A stretch of 63,088 bases of DNA, filler included, from Scyliorhinus canicula (Eukaryota), in assembly GCF_902713615.1 (NCBI RefSeq). It is 4 parts of 4 records of this genome, joined end to end, with 100 filler letters (N's around TTAATTAATTAA, not from the genome) between each part and the next. Parts side by side here need not be neighbours in the genome. Positions count along the whole stretch, not along the records: positions 1 to 25,325 come from NW_024055462.1; 3 more parts are not named here. One strand, written 5' to 3'. The position numbers and the translations under genes are program-made. Of this stretch, positions 1 to 9,790 are shown one piece after another; position 1 is the stretch's first letter, and every line of letters begins with the position of its first letter. Under the pieces are notes generated by a model. That model had not been told where the DNA came from. It did no database searches and was given only the letters and a program-made list of their open reading frames with translations.

Positions 1-1019
1 GAGGGTGGGTGAGTGTGTGTGTCAGGGAGGGTGGGTGAATGTGTGTGTGTCAGGGAGGGTGGGTGCGTGAGAGTGTCAGGGAGGGTGGGTGAATGAGAGT
101 GTGTCAGGGAGGGTGGTTGAGTGAGAGTGTGTCAGGGAGGGTGGGTGAGTGAGAGTGTGTCAGGGAGTGTGGGTGAGTGAGAGTGTGTCAGGGAGGGTGG
201 GTGAGTGAGAGTGTGCCAGGGAGGGTGGGTGAGTGTGTGTGTGTCAGGGAGGGTGGGTGAGTGAGACTGTGTCAGGGAGGGTGGGTGAGTGAGAGTGTGT
301 CAGGGAGGGTGGTTGAGTGAGAGTGTGTCAGGGAGGGTGGGTGAATGTGTGTGTGTCAGGGAGGGTGGGTGAGTGAGAGTGTGTCAGGGAGGGTGGATGA
401 GTGAGAGTGTGTCAGAGAGGGTGGGTGAGGGAGAGTGTGTCAGGGAGGGTGGGTGAATGTGTGTGTGTCAGGGAGGGTGGGTGCGTGAGAGTGTCAGGGA
501 GGGTGGGTGAATGAGAGTGTGTCAGGGAGGGTGGGTGAGTGTGTGTGTGTCAGGGAGGGTGGGTGAGTGAGACTGTGTCAGGGAGGGTGGGTGAGTGAGA
601 GTGTGTCAGGGAGGGTGGTTGAGTGAGAGTGTGTCAGGGAGGGTGGGTGAATGTGTGTGTGTCAGGGAGGGTGGGTGAGTGAGACTGTGTCAGAGAGGGT
701 GGGTGAGTGAGAGTGTGTCAGGAGGGTGGGTGAGTGAGAGTGTGTCAGGGAGGGTGGGTGTGTGAGAGTGTGTCAGAGAGGGTGGGTGAGTGAGAGTGTG
801 TCAGGGAGGGTGGGTGAGTGAGAGTGTGTCAGGGTGTGTGTGTGAGTGATGGTGTGTCAAGGAGGGTGCGTGAGTGAGCGTGGGTGATTGAGAATGTTTC
901 AGAGAGGGTGGGTGAGTGAGGATGAGTGAGTGACCGTGGGTGAGAGGATGGGTGTGAGCGTGGTTAAGGAAAGGTTTATCATTGAGGATGTGTGCGTGAG
1001 GGTCAATGAGTGAATGAGT
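1..1019. repeat. G-rich minisatellite, ~26-bp unit (GTGTCAGGGAGGGTGGGTGAGTGAGA), degenerating towards the gap
   Basis: Unit visibly reiterated from base 1; decays after ~830. Confidence 0.95.
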
Positions 1020-1188
1020 NNNNNNNNNNNNNNNNNNNNNNNNNNNNNNNNNNNNNNNNNNNNNNNNNNNNNNNNNNNNNNNNNNNNNNNNNNNNNNNNN
1101 NNNNNNNNNNNNNNNNNNNNNNNNNNNNNNNNNNNNNNNNNNNNNNNNNNNNNNNNNNNNNNNNNNNNNNNNNNNNNNNNNNNNNNNN
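1020..1188. other. Assembly gap (N run)
   Basis: Run of N. Confidence 1.
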
Positions 1189-1370
1189 GATTCCCAGGTT
1201 CTCCCAGCCCATTAGGACGATGTTTCTCTGGATGAGTTTCTGCTCAGGCTCAGCTTCCTGTTGTCTGTTGTCCACAGCCGAGCTGGGGGCTCCTCCATTC
1301 GGCTCTACCACCCCCACCGCCTCCTCTTCCTCTCCATCGATCCTGTTCTGATTCTCCAAATTGATGAGCT

Positions 1371-1821
1371 TTCAGTAACACCGGCTGTGTACAGTCAGAC
1401 AGCAGTGTAGATCACTGGGCAGCTGCTTTAATACTTTCAGTAACACCGGCTATGTACAGTCAGACAGCAGTGTAGATCACTGGGCAGCTGCTTTAATACT
1501 GTCAGTAACACCGGCTGTGTACAGTCAGACAGCAGTGTCGCTCACTGGGCAGCTGCTTTAATACTTTCAGTAACACCGGCTGTGTACAGTCAGACAGCAG
1601 TGTAGCTCACTGGGCAGCTGCTTTAATACTGTCAGTAACACCGGCTGTGTACAGTCAGACAGCAGTGTAGATCACTGGGCAGCTGCTTTAATACTGTCAG
1701 TAACACCGGCTGTGTACAGTCAGACAGCAGTGTAGATCACTGGGCAGCTGCTTTAATACTGTCAGTAACACCGGCTGTGTACAGTCAGACAGCAGTGTAG
1801 ATCACTGGGCAGCTGCTTTAA
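1371..1821. repeat. 65-bp tandem repeat, 7 copies
   Basis: (T/G)TCAGTAACACCGGCTGTGTACAGTCAGACAGCAGTGTAGATCACTGGGCAGCTGCTTTAATACT starts at 1371, 1436, 1501, 1566, 1631, 1696, 1761. Confidence 0.97.
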
Positions 1822-1959
1822 TGCCGATGTAATTTCGTTTTCCACAAATAATTTAGAACTGGGACAATGATCATTCCTGTAACTTAATGGATTTTCATTT
1901 TGCAAATGGGATTTTTCTGCCTGTAAAATTCTTGCCATATTGTATCACGGAGAGCGTGT

Positions 1960-2860
1960 TCTGTTTATTCATTCTTGTGATGCAGACGTCTCTGGTTGGG
2001 CCAGCATTTATTTTCCACCCCTCACTGCCTTTGAGAAGGTGCTGAGCTTAATTCTTTAACCAGTGCAGTCCATGTGGTGTTTCCCCGAGTCAGTTACATG
2101 GTTTTGAACCAGCGGCAGTGAAGGAACGGGGATATACTTTATAGTCATGATGCTGAGTGACTTGGAGTTGAGCTTCCAGTTGGCGGTGTTCCCATGTGTC
2201 TGCTGTCCTTCTCCAGATGGCCGCTGTCATGGGTTTGGAAGGTGCTGCCTAATGAGAGATGATGAGTTTCTGCAGCGGATCTTTAGATGGTGGACAGGCT
2301 TTGGGGAGTCAGGAGATGAGTTTTTCACCGCAGGATTCCTCATCTTTGATCTGTTCTTCTGGCCTCAAAATTTATATGATTCGTCCAGATCACTTTCTGG
2401 TCCATGTGAACCCCCAGGAGGTTCCGAGTGGGGATTCAATGATGGTAATGCCATTGAATGTCAAGGGGAGGTGTTTAGATCCGTTCTTACTGGAGGTGGG
2501 CATTGCCGTCGATTGTGTGACTTGACTGTTACTTACCACTTGTCAGCCAGACTGATGTAGTCTCCATGTTGCTTTATTTACACATAGATTTATTCAGTGA
2601 CTGCACAGCTGCAAATTGTGCTGAGCTTGGTGTAATCATCTGAGAACAGTCCCAGTTCAGACATTATGATGAAAAGGTCATTGATGAATAAGCTGAAGAT
2701 GGTTTGTCCGAGGACACTTCCCTGAAGAAGTCTGGCAGTGATGTCCTGGAATTGAGATGATTAACCTCCAGCAATGGAATCCATCTACCTTGGGGCTGGT
2801 TATGACTCCAACCAGCGGAGATTGTTCTCCTGATTCCCATCCATTCATTCTTTGGTTAGG
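1960..2860 (-). mobile_element. Decayed non-LTR retrotransposon (CR1/L2 group) RT fragment
   Basis: Minus strand at ~2675-2760 reads QDITARLLQGSVLGQTIFSLFINDL, the QGSVLGP/FIND RT motif. Confidence 0.7.
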
Positions 2861-2897
2861 CTCCTTGAGGTCACACGTTTAAATAATGCCGTGATTT

Positions 2898-3205
2898 GGC
2901 GGCACTGTAGCACAGTGGTTAGCACTGTCGCTTCACAGCACCAGGGGTCCGGGCTCGATTCCCACTTGGGTCATTGCCTGTGTGGAGTCTGCAGGTTCTC
3001 CCCGTGTCTCCGTGGTTTTCCTCCGGGTGCTCCGGTTACCTCCCACAAGTCCCGAAAGACGTCCTGTAAGGTGGTTTGGATAATCTGAATTCTTCTTCTG
3101 TGTACCCGAACAGGCGCCAGAGTGTGGCGTGTCGGGGATTTTCACAGTACCTTCATTGCAGTGTTAATGTGAGCCCACTTGTGACAATAATAAAGATTAT
3201 TATTT
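2898..3205 (+). mobile_element. tRNA-derived V-SINE with alternative 3' tail
   Basis: tRNA-like head, V-domain GTGGAGTCTGCAGGTTCTCCCCGTGTC...CCTCCCACA, tail TTTTCACAGTACCTTCATTGCAGTGTTAATG...GTGACAATAATAAAGATTATTATT. Confidence 0.85.
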
Positions 3206-3229
3206 TTATGATTGATGTGAGATTCAGTC

Positions 3230-4736
3230 GCTCTCATCTGTGTATCTGAAAGTGTGTGCGTGTCTGAGTGTATGTGTGTGTGAGGGAGAGTGTGTTTGTA
3301 TCTATGTATGTGTCTGCATGCATGCGAGAGATGGATCAAGAGAGTGGGAGAGAGAGTATACGTGTGAGTGTGTGTGAGAGAGAGAGTATCTCTGTGTGTC
3401 AGAGAATATCTGTGTGTGAGAGCGCCATTGTGTGTATTTGTGCGAGCGAGAGGATGTGTGTGTATGAGGGAGCAAAATAGTGTCCACAGGAAAGAGACTG
3501 TGCGCAAAACTGTGTGTGAGACAGCATGTATGTGAGATAGCATGTGTGCCAGACATGTGTGTGTAACAGAGCATAGGTGTGAGAGAGCATGTGTGCAAGA
3601 GAGCATATGTGTGAGAGAGCATGTGTGAGAGAGCATGTGTGTGAGAGAAAGTGTGCACGAGACAGCATGTGTGCAAGAGAACATGTGTGAGAGCATGTGT
3701 GTGTGAGAGCATGTGTGCGAGAGAGCATGAGTACGAGAGAGCATGTGAGTGAGAGAGCGTGTGTGCAAGCGGGAATGAGAGAGCATGAGTGTGAGAGAGT
3801 GAGTGTATGAGAGAGCATGTGAGTGTGAGAGATATGTGTGCGAGAGAGCGTGTGTGTGAGAACGCATGTGTGGGTGAATATATGTGTGAGAGAGCGTGTA
3901 TGCAACAGAGCATGTGTGTGAGAAAGCATGTGCGTAAGAGAGCATGTGAGTCAGCAAACCTGAGTGTGAGTGAGTGAGTGAGAGAGTGTGTGCGAGAGAG
4001 TGTGAGTATCAGAGCGCATGTGCATAAGAGAGCATGTATGCAAGAGACGATATATGTTTGAGAGAGCAGGAGTACAATAGAGCATGTGTGTGCGAGAGGC
4101 CGTGTGTGTGAGAGAGCGTGTGTGTGAGAGCGTGAGAGAGCGTCATTGCGAGAGACCATGCACGTCAGTGTGTGTGTGAGAGAGAGCGTATGCGTGAGAG
4201 AGTGTATGTGTGAGAGAGCGAATGTGTGAGAGAGCCTGTATGTGAGATAGCGTTTTATGTGAGAGAGATGTGTGGGACAGAGCATGTGTGTGAACGAGCG
4301 TGTGTGCAAGAGATAATGTGTGCGAGAGTGCATGTGTGTGTGTGTCTGCGAATGATTTTTTATGTGAGTGAGATTGGTAAAACTTGTAAGAGAGAGTGTC
4401 TGAGAGAGAGTGTGAGAGAGGGAGATTGCATGTGAAAGAGAGAGAGGAATAATGTGCCTGTGCATGGGTGAGAGCGAGTGACAGTCTGTTGGTGTGTGAG
4501 GGAGAGTTGTAGAGAGAGAAAGTTGGAGACAGTGAGTATGTAAGAGAATGAGAGAGTGAGGCAGTGCGTGTGGGTGACCGAATGTGTGTGTGTGAGAGAA
4601 GCTGTGTGTTTTTGAAGAGCTATTGTGTATGTGAGAGTGTCTGTGAGAGAGAGTGTCTGTGTGTTTGAGGAATAGTCCGGGTTTGTGGGAGAGAGGGAGT
4701 GTGTGAGGGAGAAACAGTGTGCGCATGAGAGAGTAT
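3230..4736. repeat. Degenerate (GT)/(GA) compound microsatellite with recurring GAGAGCATGTGT motif
   Basis: Low-complexity composition; source of the His/Thr/Leu-rich spurious ORFs. Confidence 0.95.
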
Positions 4737-7700
4737 TTAGTCTGTCAAATTTCACTCTGAAACACAGGGGAACGAATCATTCAAACTGCTCGATTCTAAT
4801 TGATAAATGGTCAACTTACGACAATAACAATTCAATAACCTCTTTGAAATGAAACTGATATTAATTTCAAACTCCCTTCGCCTTTCCCTGTCTGTCTGAA
4901 CTGGGCACAATGTATTATCACTGGGAATGATCACATTAAATATAACAGATTGACGGGAGTCCGTGACAGAGATCCAGTGTTTGCTAAGAAATAAACAAAC
5001 CAGGAAACATTCACATTGGAAACTGATGACCTGATTTGATGCAATTTTCTAATTAAATATAATCAATAAAACAATCGAGGCGGGCCACCTCTTCAACCTG
5101 AGTAAATAAATGTATTGTTTTCTAAATTATTTTCAGTACAATTAAACATTCTCTAATAGCTTTGATATGGCACGCCAGTGTACTACTCAATTGTAGGAAT
5201 TAATTTATGTTGAATTAGTTAGTACTAATGTCGCGTTGCATGTTATTGCCAATTGTCAATTAGTTGACCTGTCAGCTGATTTGTACTCTATAATATAAAT
5301 AATAAAAAAATGGTTCTCTGTAATTCAAAACCTGCTCCTGCCTGAAATTTGCTAAATAATTTGGATTTAATTAAATATTAAACTTCAAATTATCGGATGG
5401 AATAATTCAGACATGTGTAATATATCATCTGTTTGTTAAAGCGGTACTCCCAAATTGCTAAACTGTTGTAACTCGAAACTATATCTCTAATAATAAAGTC
5501 CTTGGTAGTTTGTGATCAATAAAAGTGTTTCCGAGATTTAATCATTCAGGCAATTCGATTAACTTTATTATTGAAAATATTGCTTAAAGAAAGGAGATCC
5601 AAATTAATCAGTGCAAAACTTAACGAAAATTACTGAGTTAGATCCTCTACAGCACTGAAACATAATGAGAAAATGATGGAGAAATGTTCTTGTTCAATTT
5701 ATGATTTAATAAGAAATAAGCTTGAGGCTCAGATATAATCTATTCTTCTATTGTATAATTTGTTTTATTTCTATAATGTTATATTATGCACAGCACAGCT
5801 CTGCGAGACAGGATGTTATTATTTTTTGCAAAGCTAATATTCTCCTTTTGTAATTAAATTAATCTCTTTGAATTTCAAGCTTTTACTGCGTCTCCAGCAC
5901 TGGTCAGTATGAACATTCCGACAATTTAGATAAAGTCATAAGAACAATTCCTGCACTGTCAGCGACTTCCACCTCTGAGAAAACTCTTTGTGATTATATG
6001 AGAGGCAACGACAACTGACGCTGAAGAGATAATATACGAGCTGCTGCACATAACTAATATAATAACAGGATACATAAATTGCCAAACTGCAATATAAAAC
6101 TCCTATCTAAGTAAATGCAAACGTAATCAGAGAAATAAAAAATAATTCAAATATATCTTGTGCAACTGAACAGTGCTGTAGAATCAGTATGTTATTATTA
6201 AAACAGTTTCATAAATAATCACAAAATCTTCCCAGACTAGAAACTTTTCCGGTCATGCTAATGGTGTGCAGAGCACAGCAGAATTGTGAAAGGCGATTGA
6301 TGATTAATGACATTAATATGAAAACATATTTGGATAATATGGTTATAACACCGCATTATAATTGTTTAAGTTATATTAATTTTACTCACTAATTTGAAAA
6401 CGTTTTAATTAAATAGTTTCAGATTGCAGTAACGAATTGCGTTCTTAATGATGCCATGGTTTAGTTTAATCAGTCATCATTAGGTAAAATTTAAAAATGT
6501 CTATCCAATCTTTAATTCCTTTCTTTATTTTCAAAACCTGCCGCGTTTACTCCCTACCATTGTGCTTCAAGGAGATTCAAACGCGCAAACGTTTTTACAT
6601 TTAATCAGAAAACGTGTAACTGCTAAATGTCACCCAGTTTGAAACAACGTACAAACAGAAAACTGCTTCACAAATTGTACTTATTCAAAGTCACCCAGAC
6701 ACACTATCTCCTCAGCAGGAAAACACCAAAACTCATCGTAACGATTGAACCCGTTTCATTGAGAAACAGCTCAATTCTACATTCAACAGAATCAAACGTA
6801 ACATTTCAAAAACATCTGAATATCGAATCCAGCAAACCAGTTCGCCACCAAATGTATGAATTATTAAACTAGCTACAAGTACAGAATAACAGTCATATCA
6901 CTGTGAGTATGTGGGGTATGTCCAAAATATTTCTGAAACTTTACCACATTTTATTCATATTGGACAATATTTCAAACGCATTTAAACAGTTGGCAGGAGA
7001 GATAAAAGCTGCATCCATCAATCTCACCGAGATGGAACATTGAAGAAAAGCCAGGCTGTGATTGCAGCAACAAATTATGTTCGGAAAGAGCATTTTAAAC
7101 TGTGGCTTAGTTTATTCTGCAATCATCACTTTTAAAAAACACTCTAAAATCCTGACTCTTTTCTGCCTGCAATCGTGCAGCAGTTTCAACACATGTCTTT
7201 TATTCATTCAGTTAAAAAACATGGAACCGCTCAATATCACCGACTTCAAAAAACATAGTAACGCCAGAACCGTTTCACAAATTTTACTCATTCAAAATCA
7301 CCCAGACAGAATCTCCTGAGCAGAGAAAATACCAAATCATACCAGTGAGGGGCTGAACTTCGTCTCATGGAGAACCAGCTCAATTCTACAAACACTTTCA
7401 ACAGAATCAAACAGCATTTCAAGAAAATCTCAATCTAGAACGCACGAAATCTGCCTTTCAGCAAGTGAATGAACAATTAAAATACACAGAAATATGGAAG
7501 AATATCATCAGCATTGTCAATAAGCGGGAAGTGTTCAATAAATTGACACAGATACTTCAGCATATTTTGTGAATATTGGGTTAGATTTCTAACACTTGTG
7601 CAGGAGGTGGTGAAACCTGCAGCCACCAGATGTCACCGAGATTAAACATTACAGAAATACCAAACTGTTTAACAGGCGTTAGGTATTTAAAGTATCACTC

Positions 7701-7946
7701 AGTACCACACAGTATCCTCAGAAAATAAACATCAAATCATAACAACCAGGGACTGAATTCCTCAGCACCATCTTATGTCAAGAGGCAGACTAATTCTTTT
7801 TTCAGCAGAGTCACATGAAACATTACAACAAAATCTCAATACAGCAAACCCGCAATTCAGTGAACGAATGCATAGTTAAAATAGAAAAAAATAAGTAAAA
7901 CAAAGACTCAAGTAAAGCAGTTCATAAATAATGGAACAGTTCTTAC

Positions 7947-7994
7947 CTGCAGTCACCGTCACCATGGTCCCTTGTCCCCAGTAGTCGAAGTAGT
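7947..7994 (-). CDS. IGHJ: Ig heavy-chain JH segment (YFDYWGQGTMVTVTA)
   Basis: Minus strand ACTACTTCGACTACTGGGGACAAGGGACCATGGTGACGGTGACTGCAG|GTAAGA: WGXG motif, phase-1 GT donor, RSS directly 5'. Confidence 0.97.
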
Positions 7995-8033
7995 CACAGT
8001 GTCACATTCCCTGGACTGCTCCATTCAATAACC
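7995..8033 (-). other. JH 5' RSS, 23-bp spacer
   Basis: Plus strand CACAGTG (7995-8001), 23 nt, TCAATAACC (8025-8033). Confidence 0.9.
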
Positions 8034-8361
8034 GCACCTGCACAAAATAGACAGAAATCCACCATTATTTTAAATATTCACAAACCAGCAGCAAAGTAAA
8101 CTTGTAATACATTTTCATTACATTAGAATTGTATTTGTGGATATCGATTGCTGTACAGAAATGACACTAATGTTTTATATTTCAGAGTAACACATGAACA
8201 TGTTATTGAAATCACTAACTAATGAGTGAATAATTGTCACAGATTTCCCATATTAATTATTGTCATTTTGTCAGTGCTGGAGATAAATAACGCTTCACTG
8301 TGAATAAAGTTGGATTATAAAAGCGAGCACTGAGCCAGCCTCAGTTAATTAGTGCTGAGGG

Positions 8362-8389
8362 GCTTTTTGTATTGACAGTAACTGCTGTG
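8362..8389 (-). other. D2 3' RSS, 12-bp spacer
   Basis: Minus strand CACAGCA, 12 nt, ACAAAAAGC. Confidence 0.9.
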
Positions 8390-8399
8390 CCCCAGTTAT
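8390..8399 (-). CDS. IgH D2 segment ATAACTGGGG (12/12 RSS)
   Basis: 10 bp between two outward-facing heptamers, both with 12-bp spacers; the typical shark D2 configuration. Confidence 0.92.
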
Positions 8400-8427
8400 C
8401 ACAGTGAGACACAGCGTGTCAAATACT
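8400..8427 (-). other. D2 5' RSS, 12-bp spacer
   Basis: Plus strand CACAGTG (8400-8406), 12 nt, TCAAATACT (8419-8427). Confidence 0.85.
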
Positions 8428-8725
8428 GCGGCAGACTGTTAACTAAAATACAGAGATTTAATTTCACTGCTCTCCCAAAAACTAACTCTGTCTCTTCCAA
8501 GAGCGAATGGGTGAGTTATTTCAGCTTGTCCTGGTCATTACATTTATAAAGAGGATCCGAACACTTTTAAAACTTCTGTGCACATTTAGCGAGTCGGTCA
8601 ACAGTGATAAAGTGGAAGATTTTTATACATTTTTCCAAACTAATATTATGTTTTATTTAAGCCTCATTTACCTTGACAATCCTTCTGTGACGCTGATCAC
8701 CAATTTGAACAAACTCTTTCTCTGA

Positions 8726-8763
8726 GGTTTTTGTATGAGGATGTCGCTGTGCACAGCACTGTG
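8726..8763 (-). other. D1 3' RSS, 22-bp spacer
   Basis: Minus strand CACAGTG, 22 nt, ACAAAAACC (consensus nonamer). Confidence 0.93.
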
Positions 8764-8775
8764 GCCCACTGTAGT
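8764..8775 (-). CDS. IgH D1 segment ACTACAGTGGGC (12/22 RSS)
   Basis: 12 bp between perfect heptamers; 5' spacer 12, 3' spacer 22; the typical shark D1 configuration. Confidence 0.94.
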
Positions 8776-8803
8776 CACAGTGACAGACACCCGCACAAAA
8801 ACT
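8776..8803 (-). other. D1 5' RSS, 12-bp spacer
   Basis: Plus strand CACAGTG, 12 nt, ACAAAAACT. Confidence 0.93.
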
Positions 8804-9173
8804 GCACTCACTCTCTGTTCAGTCCTGCCGCTCAATATTCACTTCAAATACACGTTTACTTCTGATCTAATTTACAATTTGACAGCAGTTTATAAAACCC
8901 AATGTACATACGCTTTCTCCAGGAATCAGAAATAATAAAACCAGGATTATAGCCAAGTCTCTAATTGTTGAAACTGTGAACAGTAAATATAAACAGACAA
9001 AAGCTCATCCTATTAGATTGATTGGTTTGTTCGGTTTCACTGTTTAGTTTTCTCTGTGTTAGTTATGTAAGAAGCAGCGTGTGTTTTGATTCTGATCACT
9101 GACATCAATATTACATTTGGATCAAGTACTTACCTTCAGGTTAAGGTGCAAGTTGCTGAATTCCCTCTCGAGC

Positions 9174-9212
9174 TGTTCTTGTGCGGGTCCAGCCCTGGTT
9201 CCTCTCGCTGTG
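9174..9212 (-). other. VH 3' RSS, 23-bp spacer
   Basis: Minus strand CACAGCG (9212-9206), 23 nt, ACAAGAACA (9182-9174). Confidence 0.9.
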
Positions 9213-9517
9213 GTCTCTTGCACAGTAATAGATGGCGGTGTCTTCGGTCTTCAGGCTCCTCATGGCCAAAGAGAAGATATTGTTCGAAGTGTCTTTGGAC
9301 GCAGTAAATCGATCTTTAATGGCTGGGGCGTAGTAGTTGCTGGATGAACTATAGTAGTAAACCAGCCACTCCAGCCCCTGCCCGGGAACCTGGCGGATCC
9401 AACCCATCCAGGTGCCGCCAAGATTGAAGCCGCTGGTTTTACAGGTCAGTGTCAGGGAGCCTCCGGGACGCCCGGTCTCTGCCTCTGGCTGAGTCAACAC
9501 AACATCCGACTGGACAC
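9213..9517 (-). CDS. IGHV: Ig heavy-chain VH exon, shark IgM-type, open frame
   Basis: Acceptor TTTTTACAG| then (R)[52 protein letters not shown]...[32 protein letters not shown]; both Cys and the conserved Trp present. IgM rather than IgW is inferred from FR1 (LTQPEAETG) and JH style; the C region is not visible. Confidence 0.97.
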
Positions 9518-9645
9518 CTGTAAAAATATATCAAAAAGCCCGAGGATTAATGCTGGTGAAATGATTGGTGACTCTGGAACATTCCAGAGAGAGAATAACA
9601 CTGAGACAGTAACAGTGAGAGACTTGGACAATAAAAACTACTCAC

Positions 9646-9691
9646 GGGATAAGAAAGTCAGCAACAAACTGAGAGAAATGGCCCACCTCAT
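9646..9691 (-). CDS. IGHV: VH leader exon (MRWAISLSLLLTFLS + 1 nt)
   Basis: ATG at 9691, 46 nt ending TCC C|GTGAGT; phase 1 matches the V-exon acceptor. A second in-frame ATG lies at 9703. Confidence 0.93.
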
Positions 9692-9780
9692 CCTTCTGGT
9701 CATTTGGGGGAAATGGTTGTGTCAGGAACTCAGTGAACAAACCAGCTCCCGGACTGTTGGATTCGGGTCCCAGTGAGCGG

Positions 9781-9790
9781 CATTTAAATA
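9781..9790 (-). promoter_or_regulatory. TATA-like element of the VH promoter
   Basis: Minus strand TATTTAAATG ~90 bp upstream of the leader ATG. No ATGCAAAT octamer seen nearby, consistent with shark IgH promoters. Confidence 0.5.

Noticed and set aside
1371-1821. Regular repeats as a CRISPR-like array
   Set aside because: No unique spacers, eukaryotic context, no cas genes.
3142-4726. His/Thr/Leu-rich ORFs of 271 and 474 aa
   Set aside because: Translation of (CA)/(CT) microsatellite.
6897-6906. Isolated heptamers (CACTGTG at ~6900 and ~8296; CACAGTG in SINE heads)
   Set aside because: No nonamer at 12 or 23 spacing, so no extra D or J segments are called.
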